A DNA stretch of 62,272 bases, the filler included, from Platydemus manokwari (taxonomy: Eukaryota): the NCBI GenBank assembly GCA_037951405.1. It is 5 parts of 5 records of this genome, joined end to end, with 100 filler letters (N's around TTAATTAATTAA, not from the genome) between each part and the next. Parts side by side here need not be neighbours in the genome. Positions count along the whole stretch, not along the records: positions 1 to 12,903 come from JBBMOY011914719.1; positions 13,004 to 26,393 come from JBBMOY011744731.1; 3 more parts are not named here. One strand, 5' to 3'. Below the pieces are notes generated by a model. That model was not told the origin of the DNA. It saw only the letters and a program-made list of their open reading frames with translations, and made no database searches. The number at the start of each line of letters is the position of its first letter. The first letter of the stretch is position 1. The translations under genes and the position numbers were made by a program. This document shows positions 10,837-24,939 of this stretch, in pieces.

Positions 10837-12903
10837 ACTTCACAGATGTTCTATTTTAATTTTTTGTCTGCAGTTAACATTTATATCTTGTCGAATATAA
10901 TACAAGGGCAAAACTCTTGTCAGAATCTATTTTTGCATGCAAAGATTTCTTTTTTTGTCCAAAACGAAATCGACTTTCCTTAGTTCATTCACTACTGTGC
11001 CTTTGAATTGTAAAGGTGTTGCCCAACTTGTTTCCTTTGTACATTTTCGTTATGTTCCTTCTGAATTGAATAAAGAATTCTCTTTTTCATTAAGCATGTC
11101 ATTTATTTTTTTTCTTTTCCAAATTTACTCTTCTGGTTTTTTTTTCTGGACTTCCTCTCGTGCTGCCTGTAAATATGAGATTACTTTGATTTGATTTGTA
11201 AATTATTAAATCCCTCGATCAATTTCATTGCTATGTTATATTTGAATACTACAATACACTATTGTGATTCTTATCATTTTGTTTTTGTATATGTGTGTGT
11301 GTGTCATGGAATTAGACCTTAGACCTTGGAAAGTAGAGGATAAGAATTCTCCTATTAATATTAAATTTAAAACTCAAAAATAATGTAATAAAATTATGAT
11401 CGGAACCCTCCAGAATGGCGATTGTTGGGCGTTGTAATTCAGCATATGGTCAACCATCTCTGGCATCCATTTAAACAAATATTGGAAATAAAATTATTTA
11501 TGGATTTTTTAAAAATATATTTATATAGTAGAAATTTTGTAATCGACTCGAGCAAAGATTTTCAAAAATATTTCTTATAGACATGCCGAATTTTTTCAGG
11601 GATATTTTATTTAATAATTAATGAACTGAAAAATATCTTCGAAAGTTTTCGAAATGTTTCCATAGTGATCGATCATGTTACAGTGAATGACGTACTACAG
11701 TATTTTTCTCTTGTATTCATTATAATAATTCGCCAAAAATAATTTAAACAATCGTTACAAGCAGTGAATAAGTATTGATAAAGCTGAGAATATCTATAAG
11801 GTTATATGTATATAAATATGTGCACAGTTATGAATTTTCACTGAAATTTCTCTCGAGGAATGAAGCGACTGTTTATAATTGATGAAAATGCCGTTAGATT
11901 TCAGCTGCTATATCATTACGATATGCTCGCCGATAAACACTCATGGTCGCTGCTTCCTCATGCATGTTGAGTGAACATAAGTTAGGACTCGTCATCAAGT
12001 ATCGAGCTGGAGACGTGTATAAATTGTGCGGCTGTATTTCGATGTAAGGTGTGTGTATGCATGTTAAACTGCTGTAATACACTTCCTCCTGATGGAATCT
12101 CGCACAAATTACTCATCAATATAATGATAAGTCTCAATACGTATTGCTCGATGTTCGATCGCTCTGTCTCGCAAATACCTAGTGCTGTAGATGGTAATCG
12201 CTAGCAGTCTGACTCGCAGTAATGATGTGCAAAGACAAATGGTGTGTGCTCGACATTATTAGTAATATCTTGTAATAATAGATTAATTCATCTGTGCCGC
12301 TTCATGAATTGAATTATCGATTTATTTGGGTTATTTTTTTTTTCACTGTGAATCTCAACATGGGGTCTTTGTTAAGAATTTGTGAGCTTGATGGAGACAA
12401 CTGTCAGCCAATTAAACTTGAAGCAAATGACTCGCCCTACGAGTCAACGTGTGTGCTATAAAGAATTTACGAGATAGAAAATAAATCGAGTCATAAACCA
12501 TGGGACTGCCAACAAAGAGCACAGAAATCATATAAATAAATTTTTTTCAAAAACATTCCGTTCGATATTTATTGACAAACCTTTGGCGGAACTAATTAAA
12601 AGATGGCATCAAAACTAGACTTCTTTCTCTAATTTTGATGTCTTGGAATCAATTCTTATGAAAACGTAAAGCGTACTCGGGGGTCAAAATTCTCATCGGC
12701 ATTATCAAATAATTTGTCTTCAAACAAAACCACGAGACATTTTTATTATAAATTTACAATAAGTTCAGCAAGGGTCTCAAAATTTCTCGTCACCATGGCT
12801 ACAATGAATGATCTATAGGAATGAAATTTGAAAAAATGATGAAGTAACTTATTAAAAATAATATTGAATTTCACTTGATTGGTTAGCTGTGAGATATTTG
12901 GAG

Positions 12904-13003
12904 NNNNNNNNNNNNNNNNNNNNNNNNNNNNNNNNNNNNNNNNNNNNTTAATTAATTAANNNNNNNNNNNNNNNNNNNNNNNNNNNNNNNNNNNNNNNNN
13001 NNN
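12904..13003. other. Artificial contig linker
   Basis: 44 N + TTAATTAATTAA (stops in all six frames) + 44 N, exactly 100 bp. Confidence 0.97.
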
Positions 13004-13350
13004 TAATGATAATTGGTTTGGTGGATGAGCCAATCACTATTACAACCGGGTGTCCATCAGTTGAACATTTTTTGTACTCAATTCTGCTCAAAAGTATCGA
13101 ATATCACATTGAATATCAATCTTATATGATAGTTCATTTTAGTCACGTTTATTATCACGTACGTTTTAACACTGGCAGCCATAATAATAATTGGTATGTT
13201 ACAAATAATCATAATAAATTACAAATAAAACAATAATATTAAAATAAATAAATAATTATTATTATTAATCAAAAGAATAAATGATGTAATAGTTAATGCA
13301 ATGAAGTTCATAATAGAAAAATAATCAAAATAATCGATATAAAAATAATC

Positions 13351-13360
13351 NNNNNNNNNN
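13351..13360. other. Scaffold gap (10 N)
   Basis: Run of 10 N. Confidence 0.95.
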
Positions 13361-15914
13361 ATAATTATTTTTTGGTTTTATATTTAATAAGAATTAAAAC
13401 TAAAGGGAATGTTTATCATTACATATAATTAATTATATCTTAACTCAAATTTTGAAAAATATTAAAGTAGTAGTGAAAATTTCAGGCATTTAAACTAACC
13501 TTAAATGTTTAAAAAACATTGATTAATCTCTCAATACAATGCAAAATTACCACCTTATATTAAACGGAATTTTTAAGTAAACATTGTGTTTTGTCAATAC
13601 AAAATACTTATTTAAATATTTCGAAATAGAAATTCCTGAACACAGTGAAACAATGTTCAATTAACGCTTAATAATGGCAAATAACTATTCAAACAAACAC
13701 TAAATGAATTTCATAATGAAAAGAAAAAAAAAAGATTATAAAATAATGAACATTTATTGATATTATAATATCACTTATAATCATTCAAAAAATCTTTTCA
13801 TGTGTTACCAAAGTGTTTAGCAATAACTAATGTAAAAATCCAATTGTTTATTTTTAGCGGATATTGTTGTCTCACTTAAACAATGGTTGCGAATTATTGA
13901 AATATATAATTCATATTTTCGTCCTCATCTGTAATATAGTCCACAATTCATTTTCATACCATTAGTTTTATCTTGGCGATTAACAACCTTGTTCCAAGTA
14001 TGTATGATGGTGGATAGATTGGCAAATAATTAAACTAAATAGTCTCAAACTCTTATTGAAAACATCTAATATTAAATCGACTGATAAATGAAGGATTGGT
14101 TTCCAATTAAATAAAATATCCAGTCATCAGTGACAATGATGAAGCGAAATGTCTTGCAAATCGACAACGAATAGAAACGAAAGGAACTCTTAATAATCTT
14201 GAATTGTTTATTTCGTTGGGATTTCACATAAACAAAATCAGTTTTTCTAGATCAAACGAACCATTGTCCAAATACTTTGCATTGGGTTCATTGGGTCTGC
14301 AAAATTTTCTAGTTCTATTAAATTAGATGGTGTTTGAAAAATTTCTTAACATTTTATCGCTGAGTACAAATATAATATTTAAACAATTCAAAAGTTATTT
14401 AAAACTTAAAATTATTATGTTTTTGATAAGAAATGGAGTTTTTAAATTTAGATCTAAAAGTATTCAAGTTCAAATAAAAAATTATTTAAAATTTTCACAT
14501 TTTTTATTTAAACATTTTTACAAAACTTAAAAATCAAAAACAAAATGTTGTTGTTCATTTTAGAATAAATTCCATTGTTTTATCATTCAATCTATGCTTT
14601 TCAAATAAGCTTTTATTTCGACATATTTTCAAATCCAGTTTTCTGAAATATTGTTAGTAATATTTTCATAATGTTCATAAAACCATTTGGTAAAATTATC
14701 TTTGATGAAACCAGATGATTACATATTATGTTTGTTCCCATCTTTCTTTTTAATAACCAAATTTTTAATAAAGAAAATTTACTTTAAACCATTATTTATA
14801 GTTTCAATTTCCACATTAATCTTTAAGAACAATTACAGGAAATTTAATATTTTCTAATTTATATTTTATTAAATTATTTAAATCTTTTTAGTATTTCATA
14901 TTTGTCACATTACCGAAGATTACCAATCCTCCTAATTTGACAAGCAAGTTTTATTACCATTTAAAGTTAATTCAAACATTAGAAAACACTAATTCATACA
15001 ACCTTTAGTTAATGAGCAATATGAATCTAATTTTTGCCTAATATATGGAATTTTTGATTTTAACCTATTTAAATCATACATATACAAGATAATATAAATT
15101 TAATATAAATCAATTAATCTATAATTGAAAATATTTATTATATCATGAACTGCACTACATTCTATATCACATATATAATTTACCACAACTGGTGAACATG
15201 CGATAATGTAAGCAATATTTATTAAAAAAAATGCAAATAACGGTTTTTCAAAGAAAAATTGTATGAAAAAGATATTTCCTTAATCGTTTTGATTTCACCA
15301 ATTGTGGAAGAGTTAAGTAATCAACATCAATGTTAGCGGTAGAAGAACCTGAAATGTTGACAAATCATGACAATCACAAACAGAAAATATCGATGATAAA
15401 CATTGAGCCATGAGTAAGTTAATTTATTTTTATCTAGATTTACTAATTAAAACAATTTTCAAATTTAAATGAAATGGAAAGTTTGGTTTAAAAAAAATCT
15501 AAAACGAAAATATTAATGAAAAAACATCTAAATTATATAATATTAACGTGATAATCACAGATATTAATAAGGTTATACATTACTGGAGAAAATATTATAT
15601 GTAATAAATAGATTACTGTTGGTAAAACAATGGAAATCACAAAAACAATTGAGGTTATTTAAAAAGAAGTGATTTAAAAGTTCTTTATTTTAGAAAATAT
15701 GATCTTGTGAAAGACCTACTAAAATATATTTTATTATTATTTTATACTTTACCACAATCTGTTCTGACTCTAATTGTTCGAATATTGTGGTTTTTATTAA
15801 TTTCAACTGATAATAATATGGTTTATATATATAGAAACGAATAATAAATATATTAATCAATAAAGGAATTTTTGAATATTCATGACAATTACAGTCCTTT
15901 TGTGTCGATTAGAC

Positions 15915-16258
15915 TATGGATTTCCAAAGTCTGGGCTGCAAGGATCCAGAAGGTCGGCGGTGAATACAAGCTCATCGGGGAGTGATAATACTATAAGAAT
16001 GTAAGAAAAGGATTATTAAAAATTTTGATGCATCTCGTTTGCTCAAAACGCTTAAATATGTTCTTACTTTCAAAATGCATTGTTTCTACCTAATTTATAT
16101 ATCTTTTTAATATATTTAATGAAAAAGATAGTAACATTAAAATTATTTTATAAATTGCTACTAAAAGTTTTAAAAAAATTGGTGTGTTAGTTTGGGGGCG
16201 CTTAGTAATATTTATTCTGAAAAGAGGGCGGTACAACCGAAAAGTTTGGGAATCACTG
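15915..16258. mobile_element. Non-autonomous hAT (Buster/Charlie-type) element
   Basis: The right end agtttgggaatcactg is the reverse complement of CAGTGATTCCCAAACT. The left end tatggatttccaaagt matches it at 11/16. Flanking 8-bp TSD gattagac (15907-14) / cattagac (16259-66) has the nnnTAnnn centre. Confidence 0.7.
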
Positions 16259-19200
16259 CATTAGACTGTGCAGTACAATGATTATAGTAATCTGTTCTGT
16301 GTGGTTGGAATCCCTCTTTGTAAAAAAATGAATTTCAGGACCATGGGTAGTCTTAGTAAATTTAACAGGAAATGCCCATGAAAATAGTTGAGATTGCACA
16401 TTAAATATTTAAATAAATTTTACTTATTCGAATAATCAATTAATTCTTCTATTAACACATAAATTTTGGACTAGTAATTGATGTAAAGCAATTTCTTTTC
16501 GTTAATTGAATCCTAACACTAATCTTCTTGTTTAATTTCCTCGGTTGAATAAGTAGAGAACTGTCTTCCAATGCGTTCAAATCATTTACTTGGAAATTAA
16601 AAGCAGAATGGTTGATCAAAATTTTTTGATCCAATTTTGTGCTTGAATAATGTGCAATTTTAAGTACTGAAAGCTTGATACCTTTTAATTAATGCGGATA
16701 TGTGGAAGTTTTCAGTTTGGTAAAACGTGTTACCAGGTGATTGTGCAGAAAATCTTTACATTTTTACTTTACCTGTATTTTTTCTGCTTTTGAATATCAG
16801 TAACGTTTGTTTTCTTTCTTTTTCTTTTTTGTTTATTCTTTGTGAGACAAGTTACCTCATTTTCTTTTGGTCTTTATAATGCGTTATCAAGCCTCAACAA
16901 ACCATGTTCTTTTACTTGGTATTTTCTTCAAGGATTGAACAAAGTCTAATTAATTTCTTTGACAAGCTTTTTATTTAAATTGTTTGAAATTTATATCTAT
17001 TTTATGATTATTATTTATATTTGAGATGGTCTTATCATCTGGATATCCACTAGTCATATTAAACAAAATACCATTACAACAAGCACTATAAAAGATATGT
17101 AATAGAGCCTTAGAGAGAAATGTCCTTGTTTTCAAATCCATTGGTGATCGAATTGTTTAGTGGATTACTCGAGGTTCTTCCTGAAAAAAGGGAACTGTTA
17201 AATTCTATATATAAATACAAATATTGCAGCATAATCTCTCGTGATAATTTGACTATAACTGCTAGTATCTATTAATATTTGCAATAGGATTCTTGAGCTA
17301 GATTATATTTATAGCTCATGTAATACAAATTTTCATTCTTAATTCTACTTCAATAGCAAAAATACTGAAGCATTTTATTTTAAACAATTATTAATGAAGA
17401 ATATACCATGAATTTTTTGTTACTGGATGCCCCCAACAAAGTAAAATGGAATTTTATAGATATTAAATATTAGAATAAAAACATAAAACTTAATAGTTAA
17501 CAATTTAACATATTTTTAATACTATTTAAAAAATTTCTCAACTTTATTAAAGTAAACAACATTTATTCAAACATTACATGATATAATTGTGAGAAATTAT
17601 GGTCGAATATTTTTGCAGAAATTTACCACAATAATAGTAAAATCGTCCGTTATTTCAATCAAAATTTATTGTTTTAAAAATCACACACGTTTTTCGAATA
17701 TTAAAAAAAATCCAAGATTTACATAATTATAATCATTTACAAACTTAAAATTAAAATTTTTCCTGAAGTTACCAATATTTGGAAATGTTTATTTCTTCGG
17801 AAAAAATAATCTTGAACTAATCAGGATTTATTTAAAATATGAGTACAATTAAAAATGCAATATTGAATTGTGAAAACAAAATACGATTTAATTAACATTG
17901 ATCCTGTTTAACTTTGAATAATAATAATAATAATATATAATTAATAGATATCTTGAATTCCACTCACCCATAACGTTCCATCGAATGATTTCGATAACAA
18001 TGATTTTCTAACTAAATATCCAAATTGGTTATATTATCATCTATAAATACTGTCGCAACGATTCCTATTTAACCTATTATGCACCGTTTCGACTCAAATT
18101 TCTTCTTTATAATTTATGACAATAAATTATTATTTACGAATTTTTGTTATGGGATGAATTTTATTTTCATTTTTCTCTACACAGTGAATATATTTACAAA
18201 TGAACTTCTTATTCAACATTTATAGAATTTTTCCAAAATTTATTCGGGATTTTGTTTATCGATTTGTCATTCACGGAAACCAAGAAACAGTGTAGAAACA
18301 GTGCAAAATTAAAGCTACTTGTAAACTAGATCTAGTAAATAATTAAATGAAGTCTTTCAGAGTTTGCATCAAGAAACCAAGGTAAAGAAATTTCTGAAAT
18401 AAAACACAAAACTGGAAAGATAGTAATAAAATTTGATACTCTGAATTGAAATAGGTTTGGTTGAATTCATTTATGTGTAATATGATTGCAAAGCGTAAGA
18501 TGTAGTTACAGGTATAAAAAACGACAGTGTCATATGGCATTGGCGTTTTTTTTTTCCAACAAAATTCGTGATGAATTGATGCCATTCGTTGTCTTTGAGT
18601 GAATCATCAGCTGTCGAGGTAAACTATTCTACATTGTCTACTCTGCATCAGCAACAAGCAAGATAATTAAAAAATTTTTTGATTAATACGAAAAAAATTA
18701 CATAAAATACAGCAAAAAATTAAATTTCATTTAAAAAATAAGTTCATTAATTTGTTGGTATAATTTGTCGTTTTGATAGGTAAATCAAACAATCATGTGA
18801 TCTATAATTATTTTTATTTCCTGTCACCACTGATTGGTGAGATTTTAAAGCACGGTTTTTGAATTTTGTTGCGACATAAAATCATTTTAGTTTCAAAATT
18901 TGGATTCCATTATGAAAAAGATCGACAAATAATAAGTAGTGTAGGAAAAATTGGAATTTTTATTTTTGTTAGTAAATTAACTATTGTTTTATGTCGAAGT
19001 TTAAACGTTAACGTTTTAAAATTAAAGAATAATTACGTTATTTTCTTTTTTAAACTTTCGACATTTAAAATTCATCGCTTCAGGTTAGATTATCTATGGA
19101 AAGTACTTAATAATTAATTTCCTTCTTGTTTATTTACTATAAGAATATCTTTGCGGAATAAACAAAACAATAATGTGTTACATTCCCACGATATCATATC

Positions 19201-21049
19201 TACATACAATTTGATGAAAATAATTACCACAAAGATAAGAATCGTAATTAATAATTCTATATTAATAACATTTTTGTCGTACTTAAATTTATTTTCTCGT
19301 TTAAAATTAAATTGATTATTAATTAATTGTCATACGACACCGTTCCAGCTTCACCAATGTAACATTTGTCATGGCCCGACAAGTGATTATTATCAACTTA
19401 ATTTATTCAAGTGTTGTTAAACTTTCGTTTTTTATATTAAAGTTATATTTAAAGCAAATTTTGAAACTTAATATTTATCATTTATGTGAACTGTTTATGT
19501 AAAGAAAAAGCAAATTTAATGGAGAATTTTCTAATTCACACAGAGAAATAAACAATTATAAATTTATAAACAATTACCAATGATGTACTTTAGAATCTAA
19601 TGGCTTTTAATAATATCAATAAAACATTGGGATAATTGAAAATTAATTTGCATCAAATGAACAAATCATAAACACTATTTAATTGTAAAAGCTGTATTGA
19701 TTTTATTAGATTCTATTAGATTTTATTACGTCACCTTCAATGATTTAAAGTTTGTTCTAGATATAAATATAAATTTTAGTTTTCAAATTCGCATTATTTT
19801 AAGATATTAAGGTATTTTATTACTTTAATGATAATTAATTCTGAATAACCTTGATAAAATAGGATAAAAAATCATCTCAGATCAAACCTCAATATTTATA
19901 TTAAAAAATAGTGAATGTCAATTATATTGAATAGCTATTAATCTGTAAGGCAATATGGAGTTTATGTGCTTTTTCGTTAACAGAATTTATGATCTTAAAC
20001 CAATATTAATAATATTGATAGCTTTTTCGTAATTTTAATTTATTTTTTTGCATTTTAATTTTAATTTGCAAGCAAACCTAAATAATGTAATGACAATTTG
20101 CTAAACAGTATCAAACATGAATAAAAAAAGTGTGAATTTTTATATCCTCCTATTCGAATTTTAAATTATCGAATTTAATTAACTTTTATTAATTAACATA
20201 TGGCAGGGAAACTTTGTAATGAAATAGAGAATGGGTTTCATCGTCTTTTAATACCAACACAACACACATATGTCATTTCATAACCATACAAATACTGAAT
20301 AGCGAGAATTTACTTAAATTGTTTATTGATCACCAGTCTCAGTTAAGATACTAAACACGATGCCTTCAATCTGATACTTCAATAAAATAAAATCCCATAC
20401 TCTATTGAAATATTCTCAAGAAATCACATTCAGGTTACGATCAATCAAACAGACAAATATTTTAACTCAAACTCTATTAATATCAAATGAAAGACCTTTA
20501 TTCCATTAATGACCAAAAAAATATATACTTTTTTCAAGTTCTTTTGGTGCAGAACCTCGTATATGATTTTCTTTGTTGGTTTTGCATGTTCCATTTTTAT
20601 TTACGAAAATATCTACTTATACCAACGTATTTATACTGATTTCTATGGTTAATTTTTTTATTTTATTCATTAGGCTTTTATGACCGTTGATTTATTTGTC
20701 GGTATTTGAGATTATAAACAATGATCAGATAGTGATTTTGTATCGATGTTTTAAAGTATTTTACATGAAATAATATTGAATATTTATATGTAAAATTCTG
20801 GAAGTTTTGATATAAATAAAATGCGAAATAACATTGTAAAACCAGTTTAGAATATCTATTAAAATAATACAACTTTAAGTCCTTTTAAGACATAATAAAA
20901 ATAATCATAAAACAATAATTATATGTAACATATTATATATTAACTCTCAATAAACTAATCATCACCAATTATCGCACACAGTAAATAAAAATATTCAGCC
21001 AAAATAAAAGAAATAGTCATGTTAACTATAAAATAAAATAAATCATGGA

Positions 21050-22750
21050 TTTAATCGCTGAGAATTTCTTTCTGCTTTGGTGGAATTAATTGCAGAGAAT
21101 TTCTCCATGTCACAATAAATTCCAGTGCAACAAAGATTTATACTCCATTAAATAAATATTCGTGAAAATTTTCTAAGAATAAGTCACCATTGCCTATATA
21201 AGATATTTTTCTATATGCGAAGTCAGATTACGATATAGAAACTAGAAAATACATAACATCAATTACGATTCAGTTGAGCAGAGGAAAATTAAATGTATAA
21301 GGGCTAGAGAATTTGTATATACCCAGTATATATACTGGAAGACTAAACGCTATAAGATAATTAAGTAAGTTCCAGTAAATGTAAAACCATCAATTATTTA
21401 TAAAAACCTCATATTCTTCCTATCTATGGGGTTTGATATCCTCTCTAAATACCTGATTTTACTTCTTTCTAGAATAGGTGCATCTGGAATGGTGCATAAA
21501 ATATCCTTTGTTTATGTGTATAAAAGCAGTTTTAAAACCTAATTTTTATTTGTATTTGTTATAATAATTAATAAAAGTGTTTTAACTCATTCAGTTGTTG
21601 TGATAATACAATTGAGAGGTTCTTTAAGGTCATACCTCATTTCCGTGAATAATATCATCAATAATATCATCTCACTACCTTTTGGTAGGATAAAGTTGAG
21701 ACAGTTGAAGTTTAAAGTTTAGATAAAATCAATAAAACAGTGTCTAGAGTCACTCATCCCGTCTCCATATGTGGATTGGAATTGATATAATATTAGGTTC
21801 GTAATTACCTATGTTTCATTAGAACTCCAGAGCATTGATTAGACTCAGTTATTACAAAGGTGTCAAAAATAGCTTTAATAAAAAAATCAAAATAAACCAA
21901 AAACACCAAAAACCCAACATATTTTATTCGCGTCTATTTTTTTTATTCTTTTTATTTTTTTATAAAAATAAATATGGTTTATTTGATCCTAGTCCAGTTA
22001 TTTATTTGACTGTCCTGGTTTTCATGTATTACATTTTTCTGCACATATTTTAATCAAGCCAATTTTTTCTGTCTTTATTGCAATATTCTTATGTTCTTTG
22101 TATTTTGGATTTCGATGTTGTCACTGTTTCTGTTATTTCTTTGCTATTGTATTTTTTGCATTAATTGGTATGTACCCATTTTGGTTCTGAGGCAGATTTT
22201 GCTAAAGGTCTGATTATCCAATTCACATCTGCGGCTCTCTCCATTACAAATGACAATTTTTTTAATACTTAAAATCTTCAAAATTCACTGCATTTGGTGT
22301 TCTTACAGTTCCTTTTTCCGTTTATCGATCAAATAATCGTCCTATGCAGTCTCCTGTCTGTAAAAGTCTTCTTTGGGACATTTTGGAATGTTATGAATAT
22401 GCATATTAGGACATTTTATTAAATCAACCATTGATTAGATAGTAAACTGTTCGGGTATAAGCAGTTAATAATAATGTTTTCCCAATAATTTTCATTATTA
22501 TGACTTAATTTAAGAACCTGATAATTTTCCCCATAGAGTCCCCTAAATTCATCTGTTACTGATCTAACGATTAGTCCGAATTGATTCCAACCTTTTTGTC
22601 GTTATAGGAAGTTCCTGAAGCTCTACTAGTTATTGAAGTCATTCAATTATCGGTTTCTTAAAATGTTATTTCTTTTATTCTGTTTGCTGTAAATGTTTAG
22701 CATACTAAATGCGAATTTCTATGTTTGCATGTTGTCTAAGAACAGCATTT
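21050..22750 (-). mobile_element. Heavily decayed LINE-like fragments
   Basis: Stop-riddled minus-strand stretches such as PILERSKIRYLERI and EPKWV...K-rich...KNW loosely resemble LINE ORF2 C-terminal and linker regions. Boundaries are approximate. Confidence 0.25.
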
Positions 22751-24939
22751 TCAGAAGTTTGAATTCATAATATTTCGATTTTATTTTTCTAATCTTAACT
22801 CTTTTTTAAAAATTATATAGAGATTTCGTATTTTGATTTATTGTAATTGCTTGGAAATAATTAAACGTGATTTTAAGGTTTTAAAAGTGTAGGAGTTTCA
22901 CTATTCACTTGATTTTTTAAATATTATATAAGCATCGTTATTTTGTTTACAAATGCTAGCTTATTATACTTAGTGGAAGAAACGAACAAGCCTAAGTATT
23001 GGATGACCGTTTAGAGAAATATAACATGCATTCTAACTAATGTTTATTGATGCAATCGTGACATCTTTGATGGAATTGAAATATGTTTGTCGTTTTCTAT
23101 TATCAATTTCCTCTTGATGAAAATATTTTATGGAAGTGTGCATAGATAAGTTTAGCCAGAGATTTCAAGTACTTCCAAAATTCTTGAAATTAATAGAAGC
23201 CACTAAATTAAAATTGATAAAATCTTTAATTACTGAAAGTTGTATTAGATTGTTTTTGATATCATTAATTACATAGGCAGTCAATATTAGTATTGTTTGG
23301 AATTTTCATGGAGTTTAATTATTCTTATCTCGATTTACATTTTGATAACAAAATTTTTGTTCATTACATCAATTGGTGGGCAATCTTATAAAAATCTAAA
23401 ACATGAAATATATTTAAAAAACATCACCGAAAATGACAGTAAAGTAAAATCTAAACACGATAAAACCTGAGTCTTTCAATCCACCGGCATTAGGTCCGTT
23501 ATATTACAAATAAGCATTGATGCTTTATTTCAGGGAAACTGTTAATAAAATGAATAAAATGTCATTTTAAAAATTCATGTCGAGTGTGGTTTAAAACAAA
23601 AGTTGTTTAAAAATAATTAGATAGGAAAACATAGATTTTTCGGGAATTTAAAAGCATCAGAATAAAATTTATCAATTTTTTATTATTGTTTACCAAAGTA
23701 TTGTATTTTGGATTCATTGAAGATTGTCACAAGAATATTATTAGTAAAAAATTGAACTTTTTGATAAATATTTGATTATTTGTGATTGTTTAAATTTAGA
23801 TAATCAATGGTAGCTAACATTGAGTTTGAATGTTAAGTTTTTGGGTATTTCAATTAAGGTTAATACATTGATTGCATTTCGGTACAAATGGCATATAATA
23901 TGAGAGCAAATGAAAATATTAAATTTTAAATAAAACAATATATATGCAAGATAAAGACAATAAAGTTTATTAAAGTCTGAAATTATTTACGAGTGTTGCT
24001 TTAGTTAAGGATAATCCAACGTTACGTAAAATGTACACAATATAATTATCCTTATTCTCTATATGAAACAACATTGCTTCCAAACTGATAAGATAGAGAT
24101 CGAAGGGAGAATTAATCATATAATAAATAGAACCTATTTAAAATTACAGTTAAGAACACAAAGGCGATTTTTAAATTTTAACGGGAGATACGTTTGCTAA
24201 AGAATAATTTAAAAATACCTGTACTTGAATTTACCCCAGTGGCTTCTGATCTTCTATCAATTAACTCAGAAAATTTGTGGGATTAACTTCGTGGTGATTA
24301 CAAGAGTTACTGGCAATAATCTTCTCTTGAATTTCTGGAGTAATTATTGAATGCCAAGTCGTGAACAAATATCTCGTCTCAGTTTCAGTGGAATCAAAGA
24401 TGATTTTATTTTTGTAATACTTATGAATTAATTTTAAAATTTATTAAAAATTTAGAATAAACATTAAAAAAACTATATTTGTACTATTTACATATGTTAT
24501 GAAAAGACGCAACCCGTAAATAATGCATTTGCCGAAAATAATTTATAATTAATTATCAAACATAAACTTGAAAATAATGAATTTTAAAATTTAAATCACA
24601 GCCTTGACATGGTTTAATTAATTCAAATTGACCTAACTTAATTATACAATCAAATAAAAGTAATAATAAAAAACAGTAAAGTAAAATTAATTTAAATTTT
24701 ATTATTATAACAACATTTAAAATGCTTAAATATTTTATTAATATGATTATTTAATCATTAAATAATCATGCTAATAAATTTTAATGTACTGCTCATATTT
24801 TTAATTTTAAATAATTTTCTTATAATAAATCAAAATTATAATTTTACCTTTAAACACTAAATTAAAATTTTTTAAATATCGTTAGAAAAATTTGTTTGAT
24901 AATAATAATAATTAATGCCTTTTTTTGAAAACCTGAGAA

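Noticed and set aside
12948-12959. TTAATTAATTAA palindrome as a biological motif
   Set aside because: It is always centred in 44+44 N, so it is an assembly spacer.
13040-13065. Tc1/mariner-like TIR (tacaaccgggtgtcc)
   Set aside because: No partner TIR or transposase nearby.
18523-19385. Imperfect 16-bp inverted pair suggesting a piggyBac-like element
   Set aside because: No TTAA-bounded termini and no transposase remnant.
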